From positions 106,048 to 170,047 of the forward strand of contig QZKH01000003.1 in assembly GCA_003598025.1 (NCBI GenBank): a stretch of 64,000 nucleotides of DNA, written 5' to 3'. Numbering within the stretch: the first letter of the stretch is position 1; each line of letters begins with the position of its first letter. The translations under genes and the position numbers were made by a program. This document shows, piece by piece, positions 63,619 through 64,000 of this stretch. Source of the DNA: Candidatus Omnitrophota bacterium. GTDB taxonomy: Bacteria > Omnitrophota > Gorgyraeia > Gygaellales > Profunditerraquicolaceae. The notes beneath the pieces are model-generated. The model was not told where the DNA came from, ran no database searches, and saw nothing but the letters and a program-made list of their open reading frames with translations.

Positions 63619-63689
63619 AGCGGGCGAAGGGAATTGAACCCTCCTATCCAGCTTGGGAAGCTGGTGTTCTACCGATGAACTACGCCCGC
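63619..63689 (-). tRNA. tRNA-Gly (anticodon CCC)
   Basis: The reverse complement folds as GCGGGCG acceptor, GTTCAATCC T-loop region and an anticodon loop TTCCCAA. Discriminator is U; CCA is not encoded. Confidence 0.85.
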
Positions 63690-63782
63690 AGATCCTTCAT
63701 CTATAAGCATAGGATTAAATTCGCAGACGGCCGAACGGCCTACCCTTTATGTCGTTACTCCATAAAGTGTCTGCTCATTTAA

Positions 63783-63803
63783 ACTACGCCCGCAGATCCT
63801 TCT
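63783..63803. repeat. 21-bp direct repeat of the tRNA-Gly 5' end plus flank (aactacgcccgcagatccttc), first copy at 63677-63697
   Basis: Exact duplication of 12 nt of the tRNA 5' end plus 9 nt of flank, 85 bp away. Confidence 0.7.
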
Positions 63804-63809
63804 TCCTTT

Positions 63810-64000
63810 TTACACATGCTCATCAATAAGCTTTATAGAGCAATATTCACCGCACATTGTGCAGACTTCTTTATCACTAGGTTTAGATGCCTGCCTGTAA
63901 GCTTTTGCTTTGTCAGGATCAATAGCAAGCTCTATCTGGCGTTTCCAATCGCGGTTTCTTCTTGCTAAAGACATTTCTTTATCCCAGTTAAGGGCAGATT
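63810..64000 (-). CDS. thiC: phosphomethylpyrimidine synthase ThiC, C-terminal fragment (5' end outside window)
   Basis: Reverse translation '...ALNWDKEMSLARRNRDWKRQIELAIDPDKAKAYRQ...EVCTMCGEYCSIKLIDEHV*' matches the ThiC C-terminal CxxC region. Confidence 0.75.
   Translation of the reverse strand, partial: SALNWDKEMSLARRNRDWKRQIELAIDPDKAKAYRQASKPSDKEVCTMCGEYCSIKLIDEHV

Noticed and set aside
1-64000. Search for transposases/IS elements, integrases, rRNA genes and additional tRNAs
   Set aside because: No ORF shows DDE, serine- or tyrosine-recombinase motifs. No rRNA-like conserved stretches were seen, and only the single tRNA-Gly near 63.6 kb was found.

Overview
This window reads as a low-GC (about 35-40%) bacterial chromosome segment that is mostly one large polysaccharide locus of the PEP-CTERM/exosortase type. 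It is split into two blocks.

Block 1 (about 4.5-31 kb, + strand) carries, in order: a small HTH protein, Wza-like exporter, Wzz-like chain-length determinant, ExeA-like ATPase, BY tyrosine kinase, epimerase, Wzm/Wzt ABC exporter, an AT-rich glycosyltransferase cassette (AsnB-like amidotransferase, GT2, GT4, GT2-GT4 fusion, O-antigen-ligase/Wzy-like), further GT4s, a large exported protein, a deacetylase, a GT2 that appears frameshifted, exosortase and EpsI.

Block 2 (31.3-40.7 kb) starts with a priming sugar transferase that carries an internal PEP-CTERM-like motif. It continues with five tandem PEP-CTERM proteins, a TPR lipoprotein, a GAF histidine kinase, a sigma-54 activator (PrsR-like) and a GAF protein. 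rpoN sits immediately downstream on the opposite strand, and I found two candidate -24/-12 promoters upstream of the two blocks.

Outside the locus there is a ParA/Soj ATPase fused to a CBM48 glycogen-binding domain, next to a possible GH57 fragment. The lexA-ORF-dinB SOS cassette lies on the minus strand, with a palindromic operator inside a TTGACA-17-TATAGA promoter. A run of housekeeping genes follows on the minus strand (yjbQ, nrnA, aroB, an M50 protease, SPOR, HD-GYP, dGTPase, HIT, yfcE-like, LysM-M23). The window ends with tRNA-Gly(CCC) and the 3' end of thiC.

The most unusual feature is a family of modular, low-complexity oligonucleotide repeats. The units include catgaacc, cagctgtcagcttt, tacgcaatacgc, gtccacagtc, cacaaggtcaca, tctagaatcgag and a conserved core agatactttatctatctc. 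They form mosaic elements in many intergenic regions, in both orientations with conserved module order. The same modules are also inserted in frame inside at least six coding genes of the polysaccharide locus.

I found no CRISPR array, rRNA or transposase gene.
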